From assembly GCF_009914755.1 (NCBI RefSeq), contig NC_060927.1: a DNA stretch of 64,000 nt. The stretch is one strand, 5' to 3'. The translations under genes were made by a program, and so were the position numbers. The stretch is from the human T2T-CHM13v2.0 reference genome, Homo sapiens. Under the pieces are notes generated by a model. The model did no database searches and was not told where the DNA came from. It was given only the letters and a program-made list of their open reading frames with translations. Numbering within the stretch: position 1 is the first letter of the stretch; each line of letters begins with the position of its first letter. Positions 28,201 through 42,400 of this stretch are shown one piece after another.

Positions 28201-31125
28201 GGAGAGAGAAAGAGAGAGAGAGAGAGCAAGCACCAGTCATGGGAGATAATGCACCTCCTTCGGATGTGGTTAGGTCTGCCTGTGATGTCAAGGGCTGCTG
28301 CAATCATCTTTCACCCACGAGGGAAGGTTTAGAATTAGGGGAGGAAGAGCAAAAAGATGGGGAGCATTTTGGTCCTTGGTGAGATCATGAGCTGGTGAAT
28401 TAACCCTGAAACCATCTTACCTTTGGACTTCTTCATTGTTACATAATAAACCCTTATTATTTATGCAACAAAATAGCATTGTAATATATCAGTGTGGGGG
28501 AGGGAAGGTACCTGAAAAGATGAATGTGGCCAGGAGAATACAGAGTGATGAATTATATAAATCGCAAACATTTGGTTTATTCAATATCACAATTAGCTGA
28601 ATATGGATTTCTGATAATTAGATTTCAAGATATTCTTTGAGAATGGAACATTTTAGTTTCCTTCTGGTTGTCTCCAATGTAAATTTCAAAGCCTTATGAA
28701 AAATAATTAAAAAGAAAACCATCTGTACCCCATAATTGAAATAAATGCAGGCAGCATTTGTACAAAAGTGTACATATTTCACTTGTCCATAATATAATAT
28801 GCTGAATAATATTTCCAAAAAAAAAAAAAACAGATCTAGTAACTTTTAGGATTATATTCTGTTTCATGTTTTTGTTTATCTCTCACCAATTCATTTTAGC
28901 ATATATAGAGTTCATTCAGCACTTACTAAATGCCTATGATGGCCAAATGCTATTCTAGGTACTGTTGTATTTAAGAAACACACTTAAGGTAGTAAATCAA
29001 AGCATTTTACAAAGACAAATAGCTTCTAAAACTCATCATCTGGCACTCCAAAATATCACTTGCCTCTGATTTTAGAGAGTTCATGCAACTGCTTCACACA
29101 GGTCCAGAAATCTGAGGGTTAAAGATCTTGTAATTCAAACCCTGGGTGTGTATTCTATGAAGATGGATATATAATCACTGCCATAAATTGACAAGTTATG
29201 CATAAAGCTACAGTGACAAACAAGGCCACAAGCCATCACAGGTCCCTGAAATTACTGATGTACTACCAAACAACGAGTGAGTGAAAGAGCAGGTGGCCCT
29301 CGCTTTGTAGGCTGCAGCTCTAAATCTTCCCAATGGACTGGGAAATAAGCACTTCACCATTTAACATGAGCAGAGGAAGTCACTTCATCATTGGCCCGTC
29401 GAATGAACTGCTGACACAAGAAACGTTTCCCCACTTAGAAAACCACAAGTACTAAGTGATTGCTTCACATTTGGAAAATGCCTTTTATTTTTATTTTTAT
29501 TTTTGCCCATACTAACTTTCTTATTTGAAAATAAAGGCCAATTCTCTTTGAGAAACTTTTGGTGCACTCAGTATTTGAACTCTAGCAATGTTCCATTAAT
29601 CCTATAGAACGAAAACCTTTGGTGAATGTCGATGGCATATACATTTAATATATAACTATAGCTGTGCATTTATCATCCATCTATATGACTCAAAATGCCA
29701 GCTGTTAGATACCTGAACAGCAATTCAATAGATACCATTTATGAAAAATATTAGGTCAAGCCTGCATTTATTACACAAGATCTTGTGGCTTAGGATTAGA
29801 AAGGAAGAGACAGAAAACCTGAAATCAACCTGTCAGTTACAAAGTAAAATCATAAATTGCTCCTAGAATTAATTTATACCATCTATCTATATTTTTAAAA
29901 GACTATTTGATGGACATCCATGTTCAAATCCCTACTGTAAGGCAGAGTTAAATTAACCAAAAGGAGAGACTATATTGGCAGAGCCCAGTTAACATTCAAT
30001 TATATTACTGAAGACAAAAGAGAAATATCAGACCTCTAGCAATCTTTGCCATAGTCACCTAATTTGTGTTTTAGAAAGATGGTAAGTATGAACAATTTTT
30101 CTATTTTGATGCCAATATCAAATATGAAGAGGAAAGAAAATTAACACTGAATACTTACTGTGAATCTGCTGCTTTGCTTACAATACCCTTCTTTAATCTT
30201 TAGAGCCAGCTTATATGGCAGTATAATCATCTTCATTATACAAGAATTTGAGACTCACAGAAGTTAAAAAAAAAAACTTACTCAAAAATCACACATCTAA
30301 TAAGTGTTAAGACTAGAATTAGCCTAATCCAAGTCCTTTATCTTTCCATTTCACAAAGCTGGAGCAAATAGTAACCTGGAAAAGAACTCCTTTCTCATCT
30401 GAACTTGCATTGTAGACTAGGTGCAAAACTGAAACATTCATCACTATGATTTACCAAGTGAAAACCCATAGATTTGAACAGATTGTTCCATCGACACTCT
30501 AAGACGTCTACTGTAGCTGACTTAATATAATCGCCACCACACACACACACCCCAAATACTCAACCAAAGGTGGTTCAGTTCTTCAAACACAAAAAAATTG
30601 GAACTAAACTGAACTTTCATCAGTGGCAAATCACTTCCAAGCTGACCGGAAAAGAAGAGAGCTGGAGTAGTGCTTTTACCCATGCTGCTAACTCGGATAA
30701 GCACAGCTGGGCTGAGGAGACCTCTTTTCCTAAATTCTGTTGCCAAGCTGAATTTTATGATCTTCACTGGCAGCTGATCAAATGCAAACTCTTAACTTAC
30801 AGCCAAGTTATCTTACAGCAGCTGTTGGAAAGAAATCATTTAGAATGCAAATCTAGTCCTTAATCTATGGGAAAACTGTTGCCAGTGATGGATGGGTTTT
30901 GAGGCAACGGTTCATGAAAGACACCCTGATGTCCTCTGGTATTGTGGAGTAAGAAATATTTAGCTGCCATTTGTGTTTGTTTTCTTTTGAGCAATTGTCC
31001 TTATAGGGGTTATTGGAAGTCTATGGAAAGAAAGTCCAGGTGTTTAAAATCTGTCTCAACTCTCTTTTCTACATAAGTAAAACTGAGATCACAAGAAATA
31101 CTATAGTAAGTTTCAGATGATGTTC

Positions 31126-31267
31126 TCTTAGTATGTAGGACTTCACTAACTATAGGCTAAATCATCTAAAGAACACAGCAACAGGAATATAATATCTTCT
31201 TAGCATTTAGGACTGTACTAACTGTAGGCTAAATCATCTAAAGAACATAACAACAATATAACAACTT
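31126..31267. repeat. 72-bp tandem duplication (2 copies)
   Basis: tcttag..taggact..actaact.taggctaaatcatctaaagaaca repeated at 31126 and 31198. Confidence 0.85.
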
Positions 31268-33104
31268 ACCTAGAATTCTTTGTGATGCCAAGGAAGTAGC
31301 AATGTCAGTACCTATCACTGATCCTGCTTCTAAAGAATCATGTTACTCTAGGTATGAATGATCAATTAAAGTTGATAAAGCCTTTTTCTTTTTCCTTTTT
31401 ATTCATCTAACTGCCAGCTAATGGTGCCCTTCTAGCACACCTAATACATAAAAAATTCACTGATTCTTTCAGTACCTTTGATCCTCCTCTCTTTAGCTGA
31501 ATGAAGTCTTAGAAAATACTCAGTCCTGGTTATTAGGAAGTTGCTTACTGAAGAAACTGGGTTTTCAGCAACATCTACAAAGATCACATCGCATGGCAAC
31601 TGCCAGAGTTAAAGCAACAGAAAAATGTACATCTCTATCTGCTCCTGTTTTGTTAGGCATAGAGAATGATTATCATGAAACTTCAAACCAATCTGAAGAA
31701 TTATCAGAATAAGAATAAGAGGAAATTGCTCTCATGAGTAAAAGATTAGAAAAAGGAAAATATATCCACTTAGCAATTTTTTTTTTCATTCAGCTTGGCT
31801 CTTTGGGTAAAGCCGATGAATTTGTCTAGATAATTTAGCTTTGAATATCAGTCTAGAAGCTCTCTTAAACCATGTCACAGATCTAACTAGCCACTTTTAC
31901 ATGTGCCCACTGTTTCACATGAGCTAACCTCCACAAAGGGAAAAACAAAAAGGTATGTCTAGCCACACTTATTTCTAGGTCTTGCTTTCCTCTGATACCA
32001 TCCCATCGCTAGTCACCCCGAGTTTTCTTAAATACACAACTGCCTATACGACTAATTTGCATGAGTCTGTGGTAGACAGAGTGGGGCTTTAACTGGGATG
32101 AAGAAAATATCCTGGATTCCCCACAATCATAACAAGAAGATGGAGCTGGATCTATTATGTTTAATAAATATTCCCCTATATTTTACAAGGTTAGGCACTG
32201 CCAAAGCCTTTGATTATCCAAAACTTTCTTAATGATTAAACAGTAACAACTTATTTGGAAAAAAAGTATATGTCTCTTTCGTTTTACTATTTCCCTAGCT
32301 GACAATTGGGAATTTATCACCAGGTATTCATCTTATTTGTTGATGAAGTAGGTAATGGAGGACTCTAGCAATATGCTTAGTGCTAAGATAGTAAGAAAAG
32401 CCTGGATCCACTATAAAACTAATGTCCATGACCAGAAAAAGTATTATGATGTCAGAAAATGGAGTAAGTTCACAGGAAGAAGACCACATTCCTTTACCAA
32501 GAATGAATTGGGGCAAAGATAGCTTCTCCCATTTCTCCTAATGTTGTCTCCATTTATTGTCATGGTGTGTAGGCTTCTATGGTTTGAGTTGGAAAGAGGA
32601 GGAAGCCCAGTTTGGGGAGGGCTGAAATATTTTAGAGCTTAAATAAAAGAAGGCTTGGATGTATATAACTGGCAAGCATCATGATATTTATTTGGTCATT
32701 AATTTATGCATTTAATTAGTATTTATTAAGCACTATATACGAAGCAATACTCTAATACTTAGATAAAACAGTGAACCAAACAGGCAAAAATTTTTGCCCT
32801 TATAGAGCTTACCTTCTAATTGGAGTTGGGCAATATACATAATAAATAATTATGTAGAATATTAAAACGCAATTAGTGCTTAGGAGAAAAACCATCAGGT
32901 AAGGAAAGTGGGGATGATGGGGTCTGAATCTTAAATACAGTGGCCAGAGTAAGCATCAAGAGATGACGACACTTGAGTATAGCTTGAAGAAGCAAAGCAC
33001 GCAGAAATCGGAGGGAAGAGTATTCCAGACAGAGAGAAGAGTCACTGCAAAGGCTGAGAGGAAAGAGTGAGCCTGGTGCACTCAAGGTATAGTAACGACA
33101 GAGT

Positions 33105-33816
<712 letters not shown>

Positions 33817-36800
33817 CAGGAGGCCAGTGAGGCCGAAAAGGAGTGAGTGAGGTGGGCAGTGGGAGAGGATGAAGCACAAAAGTCTCCCAGAGGCCATGTT
33901 TCATAGAGCTGCGTGGCCTATGAAATCTAAGGATTTTGCCTTTTAATCTAAGTGAAATGCAGCACCATTAGAAGATTTTCAACAGAAAAGCCACCTGCTC
34001 TTGGCTTATATTTTTAAAATGATGAACACAGGGAGTAGAAGCAGGGAGAATGATTAAGAATTTTACAATAATACAGATGAGAGACAATGGTGGCTTGGAC
34101 CAAAGGGGTGGCATGAAGATGGTGAGAAGCAGTCAGATTCTGGATATATTTTGGAGGTATATGTAACATTCTGTAAGATTGAATCTAGTGTGTGAAATAG
34201 GAGTAAGAATGACTCCAATATGTTTAGCCAGTGGAACCAGAGGGATGGAGTTGCCATCATAAGAGGAATGTTCTCTGGTTTTGGAGGACTGAGATGCGGC
34301 CTTTGGTTTTGGAAGTTTTAGGTATGAGGAATCTATTAGGTAAACAAGTGCAGATATTGAGTGAGCAGGCAAATATCTGAGTATGGAGTTGAGGGAGAGA
34401 ATCAGCTGGAGATACAAATATGGGGGTCATCTGGAAGTCTGTATTGATAACTTACTCCCTTCCCTCCATTTCCAGATACAGAAACATTTCTTCTGTGAAG
34501 CAGAATTGGAAACCCTTTTGAGAGAATATATCTCTCTTCATGAGATAGGATAGGTTGTGTGATATGTTAACTTTCACTCTTTTACACTCTTCAGTGACCT
34601 AGGAGTTTGTTTAAAAACCAAAGAAACTTGGTTCTGTACATAAAATAACTTCAGTGGAATCTCTGCTTCCACTGAGGTTTTAATTCTTGGCATTTTTTAT
34701 TTTAAAGATTAGCAACTTGTTTCAAGTTAGAGGAGATGGCAGGGTCAAAATTTTAGAAACTGGATCCCACCACCACTGTGTTACTTCCTAAACCTGCATC
34801 AAATGTTCTGCCAACATGTAATGTGCCAATAGAATTATACGGTGTGAACTGCATATCTCAGTATCTCCACAGGGAAAAAACTGTGGTTGGGGCATGGAGG
34901 GGGGAAAGGGAAACTCTTCTTTAAGTTATTTATGTAAACTAAAGATTTATCATTTCATATTACACTGTCTACAATAAGTACATAAATACATTTTTCAGCC
35001 AATCTGAGTGTTTTATAAATATACAAATATTGCCACTTATGTTGGGGTGATTCAAAGTCAAGCATTAGCTCATACACTGTGGCTAAAGTTTAAAAGTTCT
35101 GTTTCATGTATAAAAAACCATACTGTGGGCTAAAATGACAAGTTCCTTGTGGTAAACCATTTGACTAGTCTCTCTGGTCTGAGAAGAGATGAACTAGTTT
35201 TCAGCTAATACGGAACAAAGGGAGTGGGTGCAGCAAAATATTCAAGTTAATTTTTAAACCTGCATAATAATAATGCAACCCTTGACAAACCTGATCAACT
35301 CCTATCCCAGGAAGATTCAAGACCACAGAGACATCAGTGAGCCAGTCTGAATGTTTAGTTCAGCTTTTCAAAACACTGAATGCCTATTCAGTGCTGTGTG
35401 GCTTCTACATTTCTACATAGATCACTTTCTCATTAATTGATGCCATTTTGCCCTGGTTTTGTTTCACGGATTAAATTAAGAACCAATAATATCTAAATGC
35501 TGGTATCAAATAAAAACACAGAACTCTCTGTTGGCCTATTTCAATCAAAAATAGATATATATCACTGTCATAGGCAGTTCAACCATAAAAGAAATTTTAA
35601 TTTTTGTAATTAGGCCTTTTAATAGAAGGACATGACTTCTAATTAAATCCACATTATTCAGTAATTTCATATGTTAGTTTGTTTTCTTTATGCTTTGTAC
35701 TCTAAATGTTAAAATGATTCTCTAAATTATTGTTTCAGATTTTATAAAGTGATAAAAATACAACAAAATACAAGAAAGAGAAAAATAGTTTCTTTATGGA
35801 ATACACAAAGAATATATTAAATGTTTTTAAAAATCATATATTTATTTTAAATATTTTATGAAACCAATAAATGTTCTACCATGATAATGTTTTATCATTG
35901 TTATAGTAACTTTTCTGATAATGCTACGGTCTTAAGAAATATGGGTTGGCTTGGAGAAATAAGAAATATTTTTACTACAAACACAGCATAAGAGTAATGC
36001 TGATTTTGAGCAATTGATTTTAAAATATTTACTTCTCTATGTCTTTTTAAACCATGAAGATAGCTAGTTAGTTTTACTTAAAATAAGATGAAAATTAAAG
36101 ATACATATTCCCTAGCCCAAGCCAAAACATAAAACAAAAACCTAACTTAAGAGACCATTAAAAATAAACAAAATTAGACTTGCAAACGTTCTAGTAATAC
36201 ATAGGCTACACTGCTTTTTACAGAATTACTGAATATTCATCGAAGTATAATTCATATGCATTTAGTTAGAAGCTGGAGAAAGCTTACTATGATAATAAAA
36301 ATACAATAGATTATAAGCTCCTTTTTTTGAATTAAATAGGCAAAAGCAGAATAATAACAATATAGCACAAACAATCAAGCAAATTTTGAGAGCTATTTTG
36401 GTAGAATATTTTATATGAGAGAGAAGATAGAGTCAAAGATAGACATGACAACTCAATGAGACCTAAATGTAAATGATAAAACCATCGACAAAAGCCTTGA
36501 AGGAAAATGCTTTTCCCCTCGGGGGATGATTTGTACTGGCCTCCAGGTGTAATATTATGTGCACTGATGAGCTGATCAACGGAACAGAACTTCTACCCAG
36601 CTGTAATCAAGAGTGATTGATGGTTGGGACGAAAAAAGTTGATTATCATGACAAGTTCGCTGATGCAGAGAAAATAAGCTCTGCTTGGGAAATGGATAAA
36701 ACCTGTTCAGAGACTACCTTCTGAAAACTTATTTATAAAGGAATCTAAGAGAAGGTTAAAAGTTGTGAAGATGAACCTGATGTCCCGATAAACCTGATAA

Positions 36801-37424
36801 GAATAATTTGCCATACGTCAATCTCCACAGATTTCGTAAACAAGACATTTAAAAGCTCATTTATGCCCAATAAAGAGTAACCACATACCCTGAATGTTAC
36901 TTATGTGATTATGAAAAGATCTACTTCTCGAAGTACCACTGAAAATCACATGTACACAGAGAATTAAACTTTCATGGCATATCTTGCCTCCGTTTCTCTT
37001 CAACTCCCTCCTCACGAGGTAAGACTTCCCCAAACGACTGCAATCTTTACCACTATCAGATTCAATTTATATCAAAACACAGATTTGGACTGAGACAACA
37101 GATCCCAGAGGCAGTATTTTGCATTTAAAATGAGGTTTGGTAGGCTTCATAAAAGGTGAATCTGGGCCAGTGTTGGGTGTAAGTACAGTGTTCTAATATA
37201 GTAGTACCTGGATTGTGCAAAGATCTGTAGAATATGAAAGAATACATTCATCTTTTCAAATTCTGATAAGTCATCTAAGAAATTCTAGCAACGTAATCCA
37301 AATGCAGTGTGTAATTTATGCATGCCTGGTACAATTTCATTCCCCTTAATTAGAGAATAAAACCAAATCACCACTCTTAAACCAATCACCATAAGAAACT
37401 TTAGTGTGAAGAAGGTTAAAAATG

Positions 37425-37524
37425 AATGGGTGCTACACAGATTTGGGGGCAGAAGGTAAATGGGAAATCTCTGTACCTTCTGCTTAATACTACTGTGAGC
37501 CTCAAACTGCTCTAAAAATAAAGT
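37425..37524 (+). repeat. Dispersed ~100-bp copy of the L1MC 3' end at 28098-28198
   Basis: 37453-37524 matches 28127-28198 at 71 of 72 positions. Confidence 0.9.
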
Positions 37525-38467
37525 TCATTTTTTCTACATAGACATTTTTGGCCATGGAGACACTTGAGAAAGGTAAATTATTTCATCACAATTACTCTAG
37601 TTAATACAGAGGATAGGGCTCAGTAAAAATTAGACAACAACAAATAGCAACTGTTAGGAAGGGAAGGATACGAATGGCCACAAAACCCCAAATTACACAG
37701 GAATAGACATTAATATGAGTTACCTTTTCTTAAATTTCTTTGCTCATCTGACCAGGAACAAACCCTCCTACTGTCCTAGTTTTCAGGACTAGGATGAAAC
37801 TGATTATTTATGATATGCTGAAATAAATTATAACAAAATATAACAAAAAAAGCAAGAGTCTTGATAAACAGGAACTAGGATTAATGAAATGGAATGAACA
37901 AATTTTATCTTTGAGATTTTCAATTATTGGTGACCACTAATCTAGTTTCTACTTTTGGTTTCTATAAGTTTTGTTAGTGCCTACTAATACTTTAAGAAGT
38001 GTATACAGTTGTAAAAAGAGATACAAAAAAACTGATTAAAATTTTAATAGATATGTATATCCAGCAATTTGTGGGCAACTGGTTTTCATCAAGGATTTTA
38101 TTCCATAGCTAATAAAGATTTCATCAGCGCTGGTGCACTCTGAAATATTCACAATCATAAAGCTAAAATTTGGGGATGTTTGACAATAGTAATTTTTTTT
38201 CAAATAAACTAAAACTCGGAGGCTTCTACAAAACAAGCTTTCAGAATCATAAGAACAAGTTTCTAGGTCATGCTCAAGTCTAATTGCACTTATTTACTTC
38301 CCTTTAAAAATATGTGAATTTTCATGTTTAGGTTTCAGAGAATCAGTTACTTAGGATATGAATCCTGCATTGTGGAGAGAGTAGTCACTGTGGAAAAGGA
38401 AGCCTAAACTTCATTTTTATCAAAATGCAGAAATTATGAAACTTAAACCATCTTAGAGATTCCTGGG

Positions 38468-38774
38468 TTTTTCTTCTCTTTCTTTTTTTTTTTTTTCCCA
38501 GAGATGATGAGGTGTCAGCCTGCTGCCCAGGCTGGAGAGCGGTGGTGTGATCAGTACCCATTGCAACCTCGAACCGCTGGGCTCAAGCAATCCTCAAACC
38601 TCTGCTTCTCAAGTAGCTAGGACTACAGGTGCGCACCACCATGCCTGGCTAATTTTTTAAGATTTTTGGAGAGATAGTCTTGCTGTGTTGCCCAGGCTGC
38701 TCTCAATCCCTTGGCCTGCCAGTGATCCTCTTACTTCCACCTCCTCAAGCACTGGGATTACAGGTGTGTGCCAC
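38468..38774 (-). mobile_element. AluJ-like element split by the provirus (remainder at 44385-44399)
   Basis: Alu stops at ...caggtgtgtgccac and resumes ccaccacacctggc directly after the 3' LTR. Confidence 0.88.
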
Positions 38775-39453
<679 letters not shown>

Positions 39454-42400
39454 AAAACCGCTCACCCTTGTTTCTAAGACTTTTCATCCTGCAACTTCTG
39501 AGCATATGGGAGACCGCTCCCCACCCCTTGTCGCTCCTGGGGGTCGGGGGCCTTTTCACGGTCTTTTCCTTTTTCCAGACGGACTAGCGAGCAGCAGTTC
39601 CCAGCCGCTCCCCACTCCTTGCGGGGCTGGGATGCATGGCCTAAGGGTCCCGCACAGCCGGTTGGCTGGTTCCCAGCCACAAGCGTCTGCAGCCTTCCCC
39701 TTCCCCAGCCAAGGGGTTCTACTCCATCCGACAGTAATTAAGCTTTAACTTTTCTTATGCAACTGGTGGAGGAAACAGTTGCATAAGAATAAGAGGTTCT
39801 TCCCCAGGCATTCTTAAACTGTTGATTTTCTTTCCCCTTCTGTGTCCTGTCAGCAAGTTAACTTTTAAAGTTTCTTTTTTTCTTTCTTTCTAGAAGATGT
39901 TGTATTAAGGTAGGCCCCCCAGCCCCGCAGCTATCGCTGTTTATATTTTCTGCAAAGTTTTGGTTGTGAAATGAAGCCTCCATGTTGTTTTACATCCTGA
40001 GGGCATGGCTTGTAACTGGTGGCAAGGCTTTGTTTAGCAATCCTGCCTTAGGAAGTAAGTTTCTTTCTGGTTTGATATCTGCATGTTTTCCTAGCCCTGT
40101 TTCTTAAAGGACCCCACCTAGCGACTGGATTTTTTTGTGTGTGTGTAGTGTGTGATGTCCGTAAAAAGAGTTCTAATTAATTTGTCCTAAAGAAAGACAA
40201 GCACTTGGATCTAATATTTTTTAAAGGGCAGATAAAATCTGTGGTACCTTTCAGTTCACGTGGCTTTAATCTTTAAGAAATAAAAACAGCCCTAAAGACT
40301 TAGTAAAATGCAGGTCAGATGCAAGTGTTTTGAGGTTAAACTGCTTGTTGGGTTTTGAGAACTATTTGCTTTGCCAGCTTCGCAATTGGTAAGGCCTGGG
40401 GACATATGGAACTAACCACAGACTTGACTAAGAAGGCAAAACGTGGCTGCAGTTAGCACACAATTAAGGCAACTTATCAAGTTTTCCCTTAAAGTTAAAA
40501 ATTGCTAGGAGTTTATCGACATTACTAGAAATGGATTTGCATGCAAGGTGTGTAGGAACAGTAAAATGTGTTTTGTGTTTTTTTTAGTGAAAGGTTATAA
40601 GAAGGTGTGGAAATGTAAACTTTCGCCTAGGGTTACAGGATTGTTTTGAGTTAGGAAAAAGCTGAAGGTTCAAAGAAGTGTTGGAAAAATTCTGGAAATT
40701 AATCTTGAAAAAGAGGTTCTCTGTGTGAACATATTGACTGAATTCAAAAAAAGGTATTATGTGGTTTTTCTGCAAATTGAGCATTGAAATACAATCAGAA
40801 GGTATTCTTAAAATGCTAATCTGGTCTTCGGCAAAATTTATAAAGATTCATGAAAGGTTTTTGCTTCCTTAAAATTTCTGAGTCATCATTTTGGCAAAAT
40901 AAATAACTTTTTGGCAATCTGGAATTCTGTTTCATAATATTAAGTGTTTTAGACCTCGAACATTTAGCAGCCTAACCAAAATCAAACTTCAGTTTCAAAA
41001 TTGTCTTCCCTGGCACCTGGCTTTGCGAATACTTCAGAGGGCCCCTGAAGTGTCCAGAAAAGAGAGGCAAACAGGATTATTTGACGTGTTCACGTATACA
41101 GGATTGCCAAAATGATGTTCAATCTTCCTTAGGTTATATCTTGGTGAATAATGCTAACATATGTTCGAAAATTGTATGGGATTTCTAAAACTAATGGCTA
41201 AGTATATGCCATCAATCATAATGAAGGTTGTTAAGTTATTGTAAACCATAGAGATAACTAAACTTCTTTTCCTGTTGTGTTTCTAACTGTAACTACCCTG
41301 GATATTTTGCTATTCACAGACAATTTTTGTCTTGTTTTAATCCTTTTCAAAGATGGTTTAAAATGAGCTATAGAACTTTAACAGGTGCTCTCAAATACAG
41401 ACTTGTGATAACTTTAGAGATTGTAACATTGGAATAAAGGAAAATGTACAAGACTCATGAAGAGCTGAAATGCTCGTGAATATCAAGCAAAGCAAGAGTT
41501 TACTAAATGGACTGAACTCAAAGCAGAAGCAACTTTTTTGACTTTTGCCTGGAATATTGCTGATCTATGTTCTGTTTTTCAGAGTCAAGGAAACTTATTT
41601 TGAACTATTTAAAGTTTTTTAATAAATAAGGTATACACTCCTGTGATCAGAATTTGGAGCATGTTTGTTTCCCTCTGCCTGGCTCCTCTAGAATTTGGAA
41701 ACTATGAGTATTCTTATGGCAATATAGTTGTTTGGATGACAGCAATAAAAATCCATTTTTCTTTTGCATTAGAACACAATTGGAAAAAAAACTGTTATTT
41801 TATCAAGACTTTGACTGGAAGGGTATGCTTCCCTATAAGGAGTCAAGTTCGACTTACAGAGCCGATAAAAGCTCCATGGGAGACTGGCCTGAGACCCTCC
41901 TCTACACAGTCCCTAATCAGGGTTCCTGACTTGTGTTCAGTAAAGAGTGTCACTTTCTAACAGGTCTAGGAACTCCAAGTTTATCTTGGGACCTCAAGAG
42001 GAGAGGATCACCCAGCTCACAGGTTTTTGAGGATGCAAACCCATGGTTGGGCTGGGCTTTAAAAGGTCTTATCTGAGATTCCTTGTGGAACAAACTTCCA
42101 TCAAAGCCAATACAAAAGGCCTTTGTAGAAATAATTATTCTTGCTGTACTTTATGCCAATAATCAAGCCAAGTCTATTTTGCAAACTACTCAGTCCTATC
42201 ATATTTTTTTTTTGGTAACAAAATTGAGGACTGGAAGGAGAAATTATGTCCCAAAACTCATCAAACTTACCATACATCTGTCATTAAATTTGAAACTCAT
42301 TAGTTGTTTTTAAGTTTTTGCCTACATTTTACACTAACCCTGCTTGTTCCTGTGACCCTACCAGCAATCTCTGGCTGCAGCTCAGAAAGAACTAACAGGA

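Noticed and set aside
31126-31267. CRISPR-like repeat-spacer array
   Set aside because: Only two adjacent diverged copies, no unique spacers, eukaryotic context.
34600-35100. Possible processed-pseudogene 3'UTR fragment
   Set aside because: No poly-A, TSD or recognisable parent gene.
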